Made by a program: the position numbers and the translations under genes. Shown in pieces: positions 33,101 through 45,784 of a stretch of DNA of 64,000 bases (position 1 is the stretch's first letter; every line of letters begins with the position of its first letter). The DNA is taken from assembly GCA_051294375.1 (NCBI GenBank), contig CM119263.1:22346833-22410832 (forward strand). Direction: 5' to 3'. The notes beneath the pieces were generated by a model. It worked only from the letters and a program-made list of their open reading frames with translations. It was not told where the DNA came from and did not search any database. This stretch comes from Paraspadella gotoi (taxonomy: Eukaryota > Animalia > Chaetognatha).

Positions 33101-35227
33101 AGATTCGTCAGAAAAAAAAAGGAAACTTTTATAAAATATGTTATATGATATGTTAATGTTAAAGCTGCGAAAAACGACAAAATTGGTATATTATGGCAAC
33201 AGCCGGGTCACCTGTGATGCCCATTGGGGGCCATTGGGGCATCTCACTGTTGGCTTTGGGGGCTTCTGACCCTCAGTGACGCCTCCAGTCACTGGCGCGG
33301 TTACCCTAGGATAGTCTCACTTTGCCAACGCAGAGGTCGTTAGGACTGGATGGAATGCAACGCCTGGGATGGTGATAGTGATACTGATAGTAAACATGTA
33401 AAACATAGGTTTAGGGTTATTTCTTATCATTAAATTATATATTAAGCTTTGTAAAAATGATATATCTTATTTGATTAAAATTTTTGCTTTAACAATTTAA
33501 TGTTTCATATTAAATAATCAAGTAATTTAAAAAAAACACAAAAAAACCCACTTTTTAGTGGTTTTTTTTTGTTTTCTTTTTAGCTGGGTTTTTTGGGTGG
33601 GTTTTCTGGGGTGGGGTTTTTAATGCCAACCCTTCCCTCAACCGGGCCTCGCGTTCAACTCCATGTCTCTCCCAACCCTAACCCGGGCCCGGGCCTCCCA
33701 TACATCTCTGTGCCTCAATCCTAACCGCCTTCGACACATCACCCACAGGCCTCTCTCCCAACCCTAAACCGAGCCTCCCGTTCAACTCCGTACCTCTTTC
33801 CCAACCCTAACCCGGGCCCAGGCCTCCCGTACATCTCCGTGCCTCAACCCTAATGTCCCTCGCCAGTACTTTCCCTAACCCTAACGCGGGCCTCAACAAC
33901 ACCCTCCCTACCACTAAAATTGACATTAACATTAACCCTAAAATGAACTTAACTTAACTCAACCCTAAACTACTCAACCCTAACTTCTACCAACTTAGCC
34001 TTAACCCTAAATCATCTCTTTTGCATCGCTACATCTTACCAGCAAAAAATATCCTCGACGGCTGACGGCAGCGCCATGATGTGCGGCAGCATTATGATTC
34101 GGTCCGCGTCCGCGATGTTTCCCGTCTCCGACAGCGGCGCAACATCCGAATCAACGCCGGGCGGTTCTCCACGTGGAGGAAATCTGTCCGGGGCCCTGGA
34201 TTCCCTTAACGACGACGAGGACGAGGGCGTGGCCACGGCGGAGACAACGCAGAGATCGGGCCAATCATCGTCGAATTCTCACATCAGATGCCTCTTTGCT
34301 CAGGTTGAGACTTGATTTTAATTTTTAAACCATGAACCTTGACAAATTAAATTGTTTTTTATTACGATTAATATATGCCACCATGACCATATGTTACAGG
34401 ATGAGAATAACGTTTACATGGAACCCATGATTTTAAAGTGTCACGCACTCAAGTTGCTACGCGAAGATTGGTTGTTGCATTTTATGCAAAGAGATAGTCT
34501 GGTAAGAAGGTTTAGCCGGATCTGCTTACAGCAGATCTCGGCTCTATAATTCACTTTGTCGGTTCGTCAGACCCACCCCAAAAGCTTATCGGTATGATAC
34601 TTAGATCATGACAAAACATCGAATTATGATAAATTATGCCAAAATAACGATGTCCGTCCGTCTGTTTGTCCCCCTTAGCTTTGAACGCCAATTACTTATG
34701 AGTATATGGGGCGATTGACTTAAAATGTGGGTAGGAAAGTATGTGATTAAGCTGTAAATCAAGTTTCACTAATTGATTATGCTTCTTTTTATTTTTATAT
34801 TAAAATTCAATCGTCGTCGTTGCTTTTGTCGTGTCGAAAATATCTGAAAAACGTATCAGATTTAATTAATTAATTAACTTGAATTAATTGATTACTGCTA
34901 ATGATCGTGGGCAGATCCGGCATTGTTTGCTCAAACTTGTTTTTTAATCTACGGCTGTTTGATGCCTTCTCACTTGACACGGCAAATAAATGAAATCAAC
35001 AGGTCGCGCGTGAATTAGCCGTGGAAGTCAGCGAAACTTTAGCCAACGAAATGGTGCAGGATGACAGCGCCACTATCGAGGACGATCTCTTTGTTAAGAA
35101 AACCACTTTCACCAAACGATGCACGCACACCTTGTTGAAAGCTGCGTTGGCTTTTGACGGTGTGACCGAGAGAATCGCCCAAAGAAGTTCGCTCGATAGT
35201 ATTGATGACGACGACGACCTCGAATGA
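17416..35227 (+). CDS. THADA: THADA / Trm732-like HEAT-repeat protein (multi-exon)
   Basis: 3.5-kb first exon ([19 protein letters not shown]), then [50 protein letters not shown] and CLFAQ|DENNVYMEP spread over roughly 17 further exons. Several internal boundaries are approximate. Confidence 0.85.
21640..22061 (+). mobile_element. HINE-like family A copy (internally deleted)
   Basis: TAGTCGGATCTGC start and GCAGATCCGACATTGTTTGCTAAAACTTG end. Confidence 0.75.
22317..23012. mobile_element. Degenerate TIR element (MITE-like)
   Basis: Left CATTAAAGCGTAG..TGAACAGGCTTGTAC is an imperfect inverted match to right GTACAAGACTGTTCA..CTACGCCTTAGTG. Confidence 0.5.
24546..25197 (-). mobile_element. HINE-like family A copy nested in TIR element
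   Basis: Reverse-complement termini ACAAGTTTGAGCAAACAATGTCGGATCTGC...GCAGATCCGACTA. Confidence 0.8.
25255..25325 (+). pseudogene. tRNA-derived fragment (Leu/Ser-like pseudo-tRNA or SINE head)
   Basis: A-box-like GATGGCCGAGTGTT and B-box-like GGATTCGAATCCCACT, but no intact anticodon or acceptor stem. Confidence 0.5.
26435..29640 (-). CDS. DD3-3-like secreted protein, nested antisense in a THADA intron (~12 exons)
   Basis: Signal-like N-terminus then [110 protein letters not shown] and [15 protein letters not shown]; most splice junctions were traced and keep the frame. Confidence 0.85.
30260..30988. mobile_element. MITE, Tc1/mariner-type (TA TSD)
   Basis: TA|CAGGGGTGGGACCATATA...TATATGGTCCCACCCCTG|TA. 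Confidence 0.85.
32371..33080 (-). mobile_element. HINE-like family A copy
   Basis: Reverse-complement termini TTTGAGCAAACAATGCCGGATCTGC...GCAGATCCGGCTA. Confidence 0.8.
33190..33374 (-). mobile_element. Twister-motif retroposon, 5'-truncated copy
   Basis: Reverse complement of the 3' ~185 nt of the element at 39238 and 54463; 3' end intact, 5' end missing. Confidence 0.8.
33625..34010. repeat. C-rich degenerate tandem repeat with CCCTAA motifs
   Basis: Repeated CCAACCCTAACCCGGGCC..CCTCCC units; telomere-like hexamers are dispersed, not in a pure array. Confidence 0.6.
34513..34941 (+). mobile_element. HINE-like family A copy
   Basis: TAGCCGGATCTGC...GCAGATCCGGCATTGTTTGCTCAAACTTGT. Confidence 0.8.
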
Positions 35228-35355
35228 TCTCATTTTTAATTAAAAGTATTTATTACCTATTAAATTATTCCAATGTCTTTCGTTTTCACTTAAGTAATTG
35301 AACAGTAAATCGTAAATAATTAATCCATTATATTGTTTGCACTCGATGATTTAGG

Positions 35356-35558
35356 GGGTTAATTTTACTTTCGCCGACCGGGGACCGGGTTAAAAGTGAT
35401 TTAATTTGAATAATTTGGGGTTAAAAGTGGTTAGGGTTAGGAAGGTTTAAGGTTAAGGTAATTAAATAATATTTTTTTAAATTTTTTAAAAAAATAATTA
35501 TTTTTAAATAATTTTTCAAACTACGCCAAAACCCCGTTCGGCGAAATTAAAATTTAGC
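35356..35558. mobile_element. Small MITE with internal GGTTAR repeats
   Basis: GGTTAATTTTACTTTCGCCGA...TCGGCGAAATTAAAATTTAGCC inverted ends; a related end lies at ~32160. Confidence 0.6.
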
Positions 35559-36685
35559 CATAGTTTTTATACGAAATAGCTTACCAAGTATATTTACTCA
35601 ATTTTTAGAAAGTATATGAGGAATCGTCATTAAACGAAGCCTGCCCTTGTGTTTATCTACTTTAATAGCACCACCACCAACACGATCATGAACATTAAAA
35701 AAATGTCTAAAATAGGTCGACTTGTTTTTTGTGGATAATTTACTCGAAAAAGAATGCAATGATAATTATACGCCTAAAGGCAAAAAACGAGTTTAAAAAG
35801 CTCACCTTTTTATTTTCAGTTAATACTTTCATTGTTCATGCTTAACAGTGCAAATGTTCTTGCTCAAGTATAAATTCCAATTTATTCCTTTTTTTTTACG
35901 AACTTTCAATTTTGGCCCAATTTTGTAACTCATGAGCTCACGTCTCAGTAACTTAATGGTGCTTCAAGTCACAACCTGTAATGCAGGCATACCTTAAGAA
36001 AACTTTCGCTAGTCTGTGTGAAAAAGGAATGAAATTCAGCAATTAATTCTTGTTACAAAAAAAAAAATATGTACTAAATAGCTTTTTCAACTTAATATAT
36101 ATTTCTTTGCACTTAAACTTACTAGTATTATTACTCATCTTTGCCATGTCTAGTATTGTTCGCCTTAAAAACATCTGCTCTTTCAGTCTAGTCCTCAATT
36201 TTACTCTCCAGAAAAGTAGTATCTGTTAAATTTTTAAACGAATCTTTACTTCGTCTTTTATTACTGCTTAATTATCAAGTACTTCTTTACAGTTTTTATA
36301 CATAGTTGATGGCATTGATGAATGTTAGTAATATTTGCATTTTAAAGTATGTAATTTTTATTAAGAAATTTCTTTACTCTCATATCAGTGATTGTGCTGA
36401 ACGTTTTCGTTAATACTTCTAACGGCTTTTTTAATGTACTTATTCGTAAAAATCATTAAAGCTCGATTTAACTATCTGCCATTTTATTAACTCATAATAA
36501 TGTAATATAAGTATTTTAATATATGTAACTAAAGCAGGCTAAAAGTAGCTAGTTAACAAAACTATCCGATTCTTACCGAAAAAAAAAAAAAAGATGAAAA
36601 AATAAAAGATACCATCATTATGATCATACCGAAAAAATACTACGAGACGCTGTTCGAATCTATCTACGCCAATTGAATAATCTAG

Positions 36686-37069
36686 TTACAGGTGTTTCAT
36701 ATAAGGCTGGAATCTTTCCCGGATCCGTTCGAGCGTCTCGCGGTAAGACTTGATCTTTCGAGAAAGGACTTCGACGTTGGTATCATTGCGCTCGATTTCG
36801 CCGCGGATGAATTTGAGTCGCTTGTCCACGTTGACGCGAGAGTCCTCCGGCGTTTGGCGAATCAAGACCGGGCCGAGTAGTTTAAAAACAACCGCAGATT
36901 CCGCCAGCCCCGCTAATTCCGACGCCACGGCCTGATTCTCAGCCAACTGCGCTTCCAGTTGCTGCGACTTGGACACGCACAGTTGCATTTCATTCTCTCC
37001 TGCGCGCAATTTTTTCAGTTCAGCCTCAAATCGCACCTGCAACTCCTGCATTTTCTTGGGACGAGACAT
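36686..37069 (-). CDS. PFDN6: Prefoldin subunit 6, intronless
   Basis: QQLEAQLAENQAVASEL...VFKLLGPVLIRQ...NVDKRLKFIRGEI matches the beta-prefoldin PFDN6 pattern. Confidence 0.88.
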   Translation of the reverse strand: MSRPKKMQELQVRFEAELKKLRAGENEMQLCVSKSQQLEAQLAENQAVASELAGLAESAVVFKLLGPVLIRQTPEDSRVNVDKRLKFIRGEIERNDTNVEVLSRKIKSYRETLERIRERFQPYMKHL

Positions 37070-37537
37070 TTCCTCGCGAAAACCGAGCAAGTTGTTTATT
37101 CGAGGTAACGCAAATTTGTTAACTTTAAAACAAATATGAAATTTCAGTGTGATAGTTGTTGACTAAAGTTCGAGGATAATGATTGGTGGGGAATTAATGG
37201 ATATTTTTCACTATTTGCATAAAAGTCTTGACAGTTAATTCATCAATAGCGCTTTTGTAAAACGTGCTGAAGCCTCTCACAGTACAAAGGATTATAACTT
37301 ACAATTTCTTTTCTTTGCCCTTTTATTAAAACAATCTCGGCATGATTCTTTTTCTTTGAAGCAACACGTTAAAAAAACATTTAAATTACAAAACTTCAAA
37401 CAAAAGGACAATGGTGATTAAAAAAAATTACTTATTACCTTAAGATTTTTCTTTTTTTTTTCGAGCGAGTCAATTGAAATTACATTTAGACTATCATCAT
37501 AATCGGTCCTCTGTCGCAAAAACGCGTCGAATGCAGT

Positions 37538-40500
37538 TTATAAGTCTAAAAAGATCACCCTCGGATCTTCAACGGCGCCCTTGATCTTCCTGAGAAAAGT
37601 GACCGCCTCCTTGCCGTCGATGAGACGGTGGTCGTAAGTGAGAGCTATGTACATCATTGGGCGAATTTCTACCTTTCCGGCGACGGCCACGGGTCTAAAA
37701 GCCAAGGAGAATTTATTTATATAAAATTTCCCACGCCAACGAATAGAAAATAACAAATCAACTTCTAAAACAAATGACAAAAAGGAGACATTTTAATGTT
37801 CTATCATCCACAGCAATACCGGAGCAAATACTGTTTTACCTAGGGAAAGTGCCGTGCATGCCGAGAATCGCGGATTGTGGAGGATTAATTATGGGCGTTC
37901 CCATTAAGGACCCGAAGACGCCACCGTTAGACACTGTGAACGTTCCACCGTCCATGTCTTCGATTGCGAGATCGCCTAACAAAAAATCCCGCATACAGGA
38001 TCAGTTGCGTCCGAGCCCCGATATAATATATATAATAATATATATATATATAATCCGGTGATGATCACTACCTTTCCGTGCCTTTTCGCCGAGATCGACG
38101 AGAGTCTGTTCGATGTGTACGTAATTCATTGTCTCTATATTTCGAATTACGGGAACGACAAGACCCTTGGGCGAGGCAACGGCGACGCTAATGTCGATAT
38201 AGTCTCTGTAAACCATTTCGTTGCCGTCGATGACTGCATTGACGACTGGTTGGTCTTGAAGGGCATAAGCAGAGGCTTTCAAAAATGCCGACATGAACCT
38301 GGCGAAAATGATAGGTCGTCAAACGCGACGGAGGTGACCACAAAATACTTCAACCACTATACCCCAATTTGATGCCGTGCTTCTTTTGAAACTGGTCTTG
38401 GTAGGTCTTCCTAAGTTCCATGATGTAACTCATGTCGATTTCGTTAAAGGTCGTCAGCATAGCGCAGGTGTTTTGCGCCTCCTGTAACGTATAAATATGT
38501 TCGTTATCGTAGGTTTGACGTCCGATTGGGTCGACGACAAAAGGAGGAACTGACTTTAAGCCGGGTCGCGATTCGAAGCCTCATCCTGTTCATCTTGACT
38601 CGGGTCTCCGCTCTCGTTCCGCCAATCACGTTGATATCCATGGCCTTTTGAGGCTTTACTGAAGAGGCGGGCGCCACAGCAGCCGGTTTTGACGGAGGTG
38701 GTGCGACCGTGGGTGGCGCAGAGGGTGGCGGGGCGGCCGCCGGTGCTGCAGGAGCAGCTGCTGGCGTCTCTTTTTTGGCAGCAGGTTTAGCGGGAGCGTC
38801 TCCTGCCTTAGAGTGGTCACAATTAATATTTAAAACAGTAAAAGAGAAATGGTATCTACACAAGGCCCATATTAAGTTACTGAAAATAATATAACCTTCA
38901 ACTTGAACAAATCCATTCCGGCTTCTACTCTTTCGCCATCTGGAATCAACAGTTCAACAATCGTTCCGTTCGCTGGAGACGGAACTGGAACAGAGGTCTT
39001 GTCAGTTTCAATCTCAGCCACCACCTGAATTAAAAATTGTTCTTTTAAAAATACTTGTCATAGATACTATAATCAATAGTTTCGTTTGAGAAAATAAAGT
39101 TATTGTTTTGTTTTCACAGTAATTTCCTTTTATTAGAAAAAAAAATCTTTAAAGCATTAGGATCCTCGCGGCCATCTATAATATTAGACCCCTGCAACGG
39201 CCTATGGGTAAAGAAGGAGGAAAACGAAGATAGTGTCGCGGTATATTCACACCGCCTCACGTCCACCATCCTTCAGCCAAATCCATTGGCTCAGAGGGGG
39301 AACAAACCATCCCAGGCGTAGTGTTCCATCCACAGTCCTCACGACTTCCCTTTGCGTTGGCAAAGCGAGACCGTCCTAGGGTAACCGCGCCAGTGACTGG
39401 ATGTGTCACTGAGGGTCGGAAGCCCCCAAAGCCAACAGTGAGATGCCCCATCCCAATGGGCATCACAGGCAACCCGGCTGTTGCCATAATAGTTTCTTTA
39501 AAAAAAAATTAAAACGTTACAACAAAGATATTAAATATGTTTATTTTATCAGACTTAAATTAGAATAATCGATAAGGGTAACAAATTCTTTAATTCTTTT
39601 TAAAATAACTCAATATTTTATTTATTAAATTTTAAATAATTTAAATATTATAAAATGATATTAATATAAATTTAAAATATAAAGTAATTTAAACTTAAAA
39701 GTTTGTGATTTAAAAATTATTTTTAAATTTAAACTTATCCTTGTGGATAAGGCGCTACGTGGGCTGAAGATGACTGTCCGTAACTTCTATAACCCCCTCT
39801 AGCAGCCATGGAACGGGTCCCTGGGCTTGAAACCAGGCTTGAGGGTTTGCCATGCCCCCAAGGCAGCTTACGGCCGTCCTCACGCTTCCCGAAGGGTAGG
39901 TACCGGGTTGGGATTGAACCCGATACCTAGTGGTCATGAGTTGATGGCTTTACTCAATGAGCCACCGGGTCACAACTGAAAGTGTCATGATTCTAGGCGG
40001 GGTGAACCTAGGCAATGCCCGACTACATCCTTAACCCTAAACTTATCCTTAACCCTAAACTTATCCTTAACCCTAAACTTATCCTTAACCCTAAACTTAT
40101 CCTTAACCCGAGAATGTTTTTTTGTGATTGAGAGGCAAGAAAGTGGAAAATGATTTTGACACGAATAAAAAAAATTAATTAATTAATGAATTAATTATCG
40201 AGGGCAGATCCGGCATTGTTTGCTCAAACTTGTTATTTTTAAGATCAGATTCAGGTATCTTGCAAAAAGTTGTCTGCACAAAGTATAATTCTTGAGGTTA
40301 AAAATAAGTTAGCAGTAAGTTATTGTTATGGGTAATAAGTTATGGGGAATAAGTTTGGGTTAGGAATAAGTTTGGGTTAGGAATAATAAGTGATAATCAC
40401 AAAAAAAAACTATATTACTCTGTAAATATCTAACAAAGGTAATTAAAAAAATATTACAATTAATATTTAAAAAAACATTTTTTAAAGAATTAAAAATAAA

Positions 40501-43500
40501 TCTTTAACTAGAAATCTATTATGAAATTAAATTCAATAGGGGCGGGGGTTCAAAACTTTAGTTATGAAGTCTACTTTCAGGTAAAAAAAGAATTTTTTTA
40601 AAAAGTTCGATTTTAATGCTTTTATTGTTGCTATCTAATTTACAATATTACTATATAATGATTAAATTTTTTTTAATCAATCTTAACTTTTTTTGATGGA
40701 TTCTGATAGAGCATAAAAAGTTATATCAAAATATCGAAAAAACAATTATACTTTGTGTGGACAACATTTTGCAAGCGACCTGAATCTTATCTTAAAAATA
40801 AAAAAATCCTAAAAAAATTTTTAGCCATTCCTATTTATAAATATTAAATAAATGTAATACAATGACTCCCCTATCTCCACTCAACGAGATGTTCGGAGAC
40901 CTTTGCGCAGGCAATGGGCAAACGATGCCTATCCCTCAAATGTAGCAACTCATTCCCTCTCTCTGTCGAACGAGCGCCGACCAAAACGACGGCTACAGAA
41001 GGAGGGAGAGGAGTCCGCGCCTCCCGCTGCAAAATCAGCGAGAACGGACAGTCGTCCGCCTCGCCAGCAGGCTAGAAGAGGGCAGTCGGCAGGCCTACCA
41101 GGCCAGAGAAACATTAGAGTAGCCTTAGGAATTTTCCCGCAAGGAAGCCTTCCAAATCCCGCACACATAAGCTCGACGACACTGTCATCTCAGCCACTGA
41201 CACGCCAATGACCCGACATCATCGCTATAACCCTTCATTTGCAAAAAACAAAGGGGGCCAGCTCATTTTGAGCTCTATCTTAATTCTTATACTTTTACTT
41301 TACCTAAAAACTTAGCTATTCCTCAGAAATTTTCTTTTCGTAAGTAGACGAGAATCTCGCTTAAGGGGACCCAGTGATAAAAATGATATCATAAGCTTAA
41401 GGGTCTATCAATTAAGGAATTCGAATGGTGATAGTCATTAATTTTTCTTCGCGCGGGAAAGTGGAGAAAAAATTCCCATCTTCTTGTTGCAATTCGAACA
41501 AGGACGAGATATTTATTGGAAAATTTTTAATTGATCTCCCCTAAATACTATACCCTCCATTCTCTTACTTTCACTTTGGAAGTCATTTTTCCAGTGATTA
41601 GAATTTTTATTTATTAATGCAGAAAGCTGAATTTCTGCGTCTGGGCCTCCTTTAATAAAGGAATTTTAATGGTGGTATTATATTTTTCAGAATGCGCACA
41701 GGAAAGTACAGGAAAAAAAACCAAATCCCTCTTAAAATTCAAACAAGGATGTTATTTCATTTGGTAAACATTTGTCATGACCCCTGAAATATCTTTCCGG
41801 AGTTTCCTTTGACTCTTGTTCACAACAGATTTAATTTTTAGGAGAGATAAAGAGCGCTTCCTTCTTCTCATACTTGTATTAATGTTGGAGGTTACATTTC
41901 TATCCAATTAGTGAATTGATTTGAAAGAAAAATGATTTAAAATTTATCCTTACCATAATTTTCTAACTATTTCTCGATTTTTTTATTTTTTTTTATTTTT
42001 TGAAGAAAAAAAAAATAATCAGCGTACGAGGTGGCCCAGACGGAAAAGTGATGAACTCAACATCGTACGGAAAAAAAAACTGGACAAATTTCAACAATAT
42101 ACCGTTTTTTGACACTGAAATGCCATTGTAAAGTTAGTAAACAGTGAATGAATAACATTTAATTCTTAATCAATTTTTCAAACAGAAAAAACAACTACAG
42201 TACTAACGTCACTAAGGGTACAAAGAGTACAAAGAGTTCGTCATCGTCTTCGTCTTTGTTGGAATCATTTGAGTTCCTAAAAAGTCGACCAGCAAAATTT
42301 CAAAATTGAATTGATAATAAAATTGAAATGGCATGTTGATTTTATCATAATTTTATGTTTTTCTTTCTCTCTCATCTCTATCTCACTCGTATAATAAATT
42401 TTATAGGCAATTTGGTTTCAGTTTACAAACGAATTTTATTTCAAAGAAACGTTTCGAAACGTTTCGGCTTTGAATGCAAGCCTTCATCAGCGTCAAATAA
42501 TTTATGAATTGTTAGACAGTTTTTTGTGTGAAAGAAGGGAGAGAGAGTGAGAGAGAGAGTGTAGAGAGACTTGGCTTCCCGCGTCGCGAGGTAGGCGTGG
42601 CTCATCGTGAGAGAGACGTAAACATAAATCTGATGGATCTCGAACGTCGAAAAGAAAAGAGAAAAGACTCGAAAATGGAACCAAATAATGAGACGAAATA
42701 TAAATGTAAATGAAATATAATCGAGCAATAAATCAAGCAGAAAATAAGACGTGAATCAAGCAAAAATCGTACAAAAAATCCGGAGAAAATAGTCGACGTC
42801 CGTAGAAATAACCGTGAGAAATTAGTTTCGTGTCCAAAAGAAAATCGTAAGCAAATCGTGATCAAAGTGAACTAAACTCGGTCTGTCTGGTCTTGTCCAA
42901 GTAAAGTATTAGAGAGAAAGGGCGGGAGAAAACCGGTAAGAGAGAGAGAAAGAGAGAGAGTGCGAATGAGTCGTACGGTCAATATCAGTCCGGTCAACTG
43001 GTCAGTCGACGAACTCGGTCTCTCGTCCTTGTTGTTGTTGTCGTCTTTATTATCATTTTCGTCGACGTTTCGTCATTGTTTTTGTTTTGTTATCCATTTT
43101 TTCGTCTTCGCCGTCGTTTTCGTCATCTCTATTCTATTGGTTTTTGTCTTTTTCGTCTTTTTCGTTATGTTCGTTGTCGTCATTGTCGGATTTCTAGATT
43201 TAATTTTTAGTGTAAAGTTGGAAACAAAAAAGAAATTCTATACCATCTTTACGTGGAAAAAAAAAATCGAAACTTGGAAAAGATTTGCCCCTTACCCGAA
43301 TTTTAAACAAAATAGGCGAGCTGATAACATCGAATTTTTGACCACTTTCCCATTGGACTAGAGAAAAAAGAATTACATTTTTGGAATCGGGGAGATTGAA
43401 GGACCAACGTTATGATATCAGCCTTTTACCCCCCTGACCCCCCTCGATCACTGGGTTCCCTTAAAAAAAATTCAACATTTTTCTAATAGAGATTTCCGTT

Positions 43501-45264
43501 AAAATCTGACTACCCAAATTGCAAACGAGATTGCCAGAAATTCGGGTAAAAAAACAGTTGTAAAAACACACGATTCCGATAGCGTTACATCTTAAGAGCT
43601 AGCCAAATTCGTCTTATGGCATTTGATAAAGGATTTAATATCAAACAAGCCAGGGGAAATGCACTAGTCATCTCCGGAGAATTTTCAAACCTTGTTTTTA
43701 CTATAGAAATGAAAGGGAAATTTTGCTTTTCAAAAATTGTAAACGGGGCTAGGGTATGTTAACATTATAAATATTACTTCGAATTTTGAGATTTAAAAAG
43801 CCTCTTGTCTCAAGAGCTTGCCAAATTTTTCTTTTCATTATTGACCAAACTCTTCATAGTAAACCAACATTGTAAAGTCCATTGGTCTGGTTTGACAACA
43901 TGAAATTTTTATTTAATAAGAAATTAAAAGGAAGGTTGAGAGAAAAACTGATTTTTCCTGATATCTCTTGAAGGAACAAAGATACAGGGATGGCAATAGT
44001 ACCAAAATGAAGCCATAATCATTAGGCACATACAAGTTATAATATTAGAATTATTTTTGCTGAAACCTCTTTACAGGGTGAGTGTCAAACTAAGTCAAAA
44101 TTATAATGAATTTTAAAACTAATGAAACCCATAAAAATAAATGAAAATTAAATTCTTTTTTAGTGATTCTGAAAGAAAAAAGGCTAAATTGTACTATAGT
44201 AAAACTTTAAAGTTTTTTGGATAATGAAAATATAATTTTTTTTCACTTAAATATTTGCTTCACTGATATTACAAGCATGCTTACAAATTCTACAAAATAT
44301 TATTCACCCCATCACAGCCTAACTATTTATCTTTCTTTTCCACCAGCAAAAAGTAAACATTATTTTATGTTAGAGAACAGGGATGTTTACTGAAATGAGC
44401 TGGAAGACGTTAGACTACTTCACTTTAATGTCATTTTTCAATAATAAAATAGGCGAATCTTTTAATTATTTAACTCTCACAGGCTTCACAAGACATTTTA
44501 CTTTCATAATATCCCAATGTTAATGTTATTCATTATAATTTTTTCGCAGAAATCATAAAATAACAGAAAGTTATGGATTCCTTTCGCTCGTTTAAGAAAA
44601 AAAAATTAACTAGCGGAATTATAAGTTTGTAAGAGGAAGTTCAGAATCGGCAAAAATCTTAAAAGGCGAGAATGTTGAAAAAAGGGGTGGAATTTTGATG
44701 GGTTTCCTAAGATTTCTCCACAATGTGAGGTCCGATTAAAGCGAAACTTGAGATTTACAATATTCCCGTCATTCCACATCTATCGATATAAAAATATAAG
44801 AAAAAAGTCACTGGCTTCTTTTTCTATAGCGGCTTCCTACGTAAAGAAACAAACTTTATTTTTTCTCTTCTTTCTCATCGTTTTCCCATAAGCCTCCGGG
44901 ATTCCGGAATTTCGGCATTCCTGGAGATCAATGCTCTCTGGAGGCTTATGGGAAAACGAAGAGCAAGATTTTTTTAAAGAATTAACAGAAAAAACGACAA
45001 CGACGACGACGACGACGACGCCACTTATGCGCAAAAGCGTTACAATATCGTCGCAAACGCTAAGCGATTGCGACGATAAAAAAATAATAATAATATTTAC
45101 AAAGTAACAGTTTTTATTTATGATTACAATGGTGTTTTAGCGAAAACAAAGTTTAGAGTTTATACTACAACGATTTTTTAATTAATATAAACAGACATGT
45201 TTCGACTCTTGTTCGAGCCTTCATCAGTGTTTGACAGACTATCAAAAACTTTTGCAAAAGTAAA

Positions 45265-45295
<31 letters not shown>

Positions 45296-45753
45296 GGCAG
45301 AGTTAAAGTTTCCAACAAAGTGGTGAGACAGAATAGTGGTCAGAGGTGAGGACAGGTGAAGGCAAGGACAGATTGAGTGAGTTTTTGAAAAAGAAAGTGA
45401 AATGGTCAAACAGAGAGAGAGAGAGGTAATATGATACATTTGTGCAATGTACAACAAAGATATAAGTTTTTAAAGTGGAAATAACAATTAGCTAAATAAT
45501 AAATTAAATTAAAAATAGAAATTGAAATAATTTAATTTATTATTTAGCTAATTGTTATTTCCACTTTAAAAGCTTATATCTTTGTTGTACATTGCACAAA
45601 TGTATCATATTACCTCTCTCTCTCTCACTTTCTCTCTGTTTGACCATTTCACTTTCTTTTTCAAAAACTCACTCAATCTGTCCTTGCCTTCACCTGTCCT
45701 CACCTCTGACCACTATTCTGTCTCACCACTTTGTTGGAAACTTTAACTCTGTG

Positions 45754-45784
<31 letters not shown>

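Noticed and set aside
33625-34010. Interstitial telomere or chromosome fusion scar
   Set aside because: CCCTAA hexamers are scattered within longer degenerate units with no pure or head-to-head array.
35600-36560. Possible decayed Helitron or transposase coding remnant (also ~62700-63270)
   Set aside because: Only faint similarity with many stops; cannot be supported without a TBLASTN search.
40903-41211. 102-aa GC-rich ORF in the DLST intron
   Set aside because: No ATG start, no domain and no splice support; probably a retroelement scrap.
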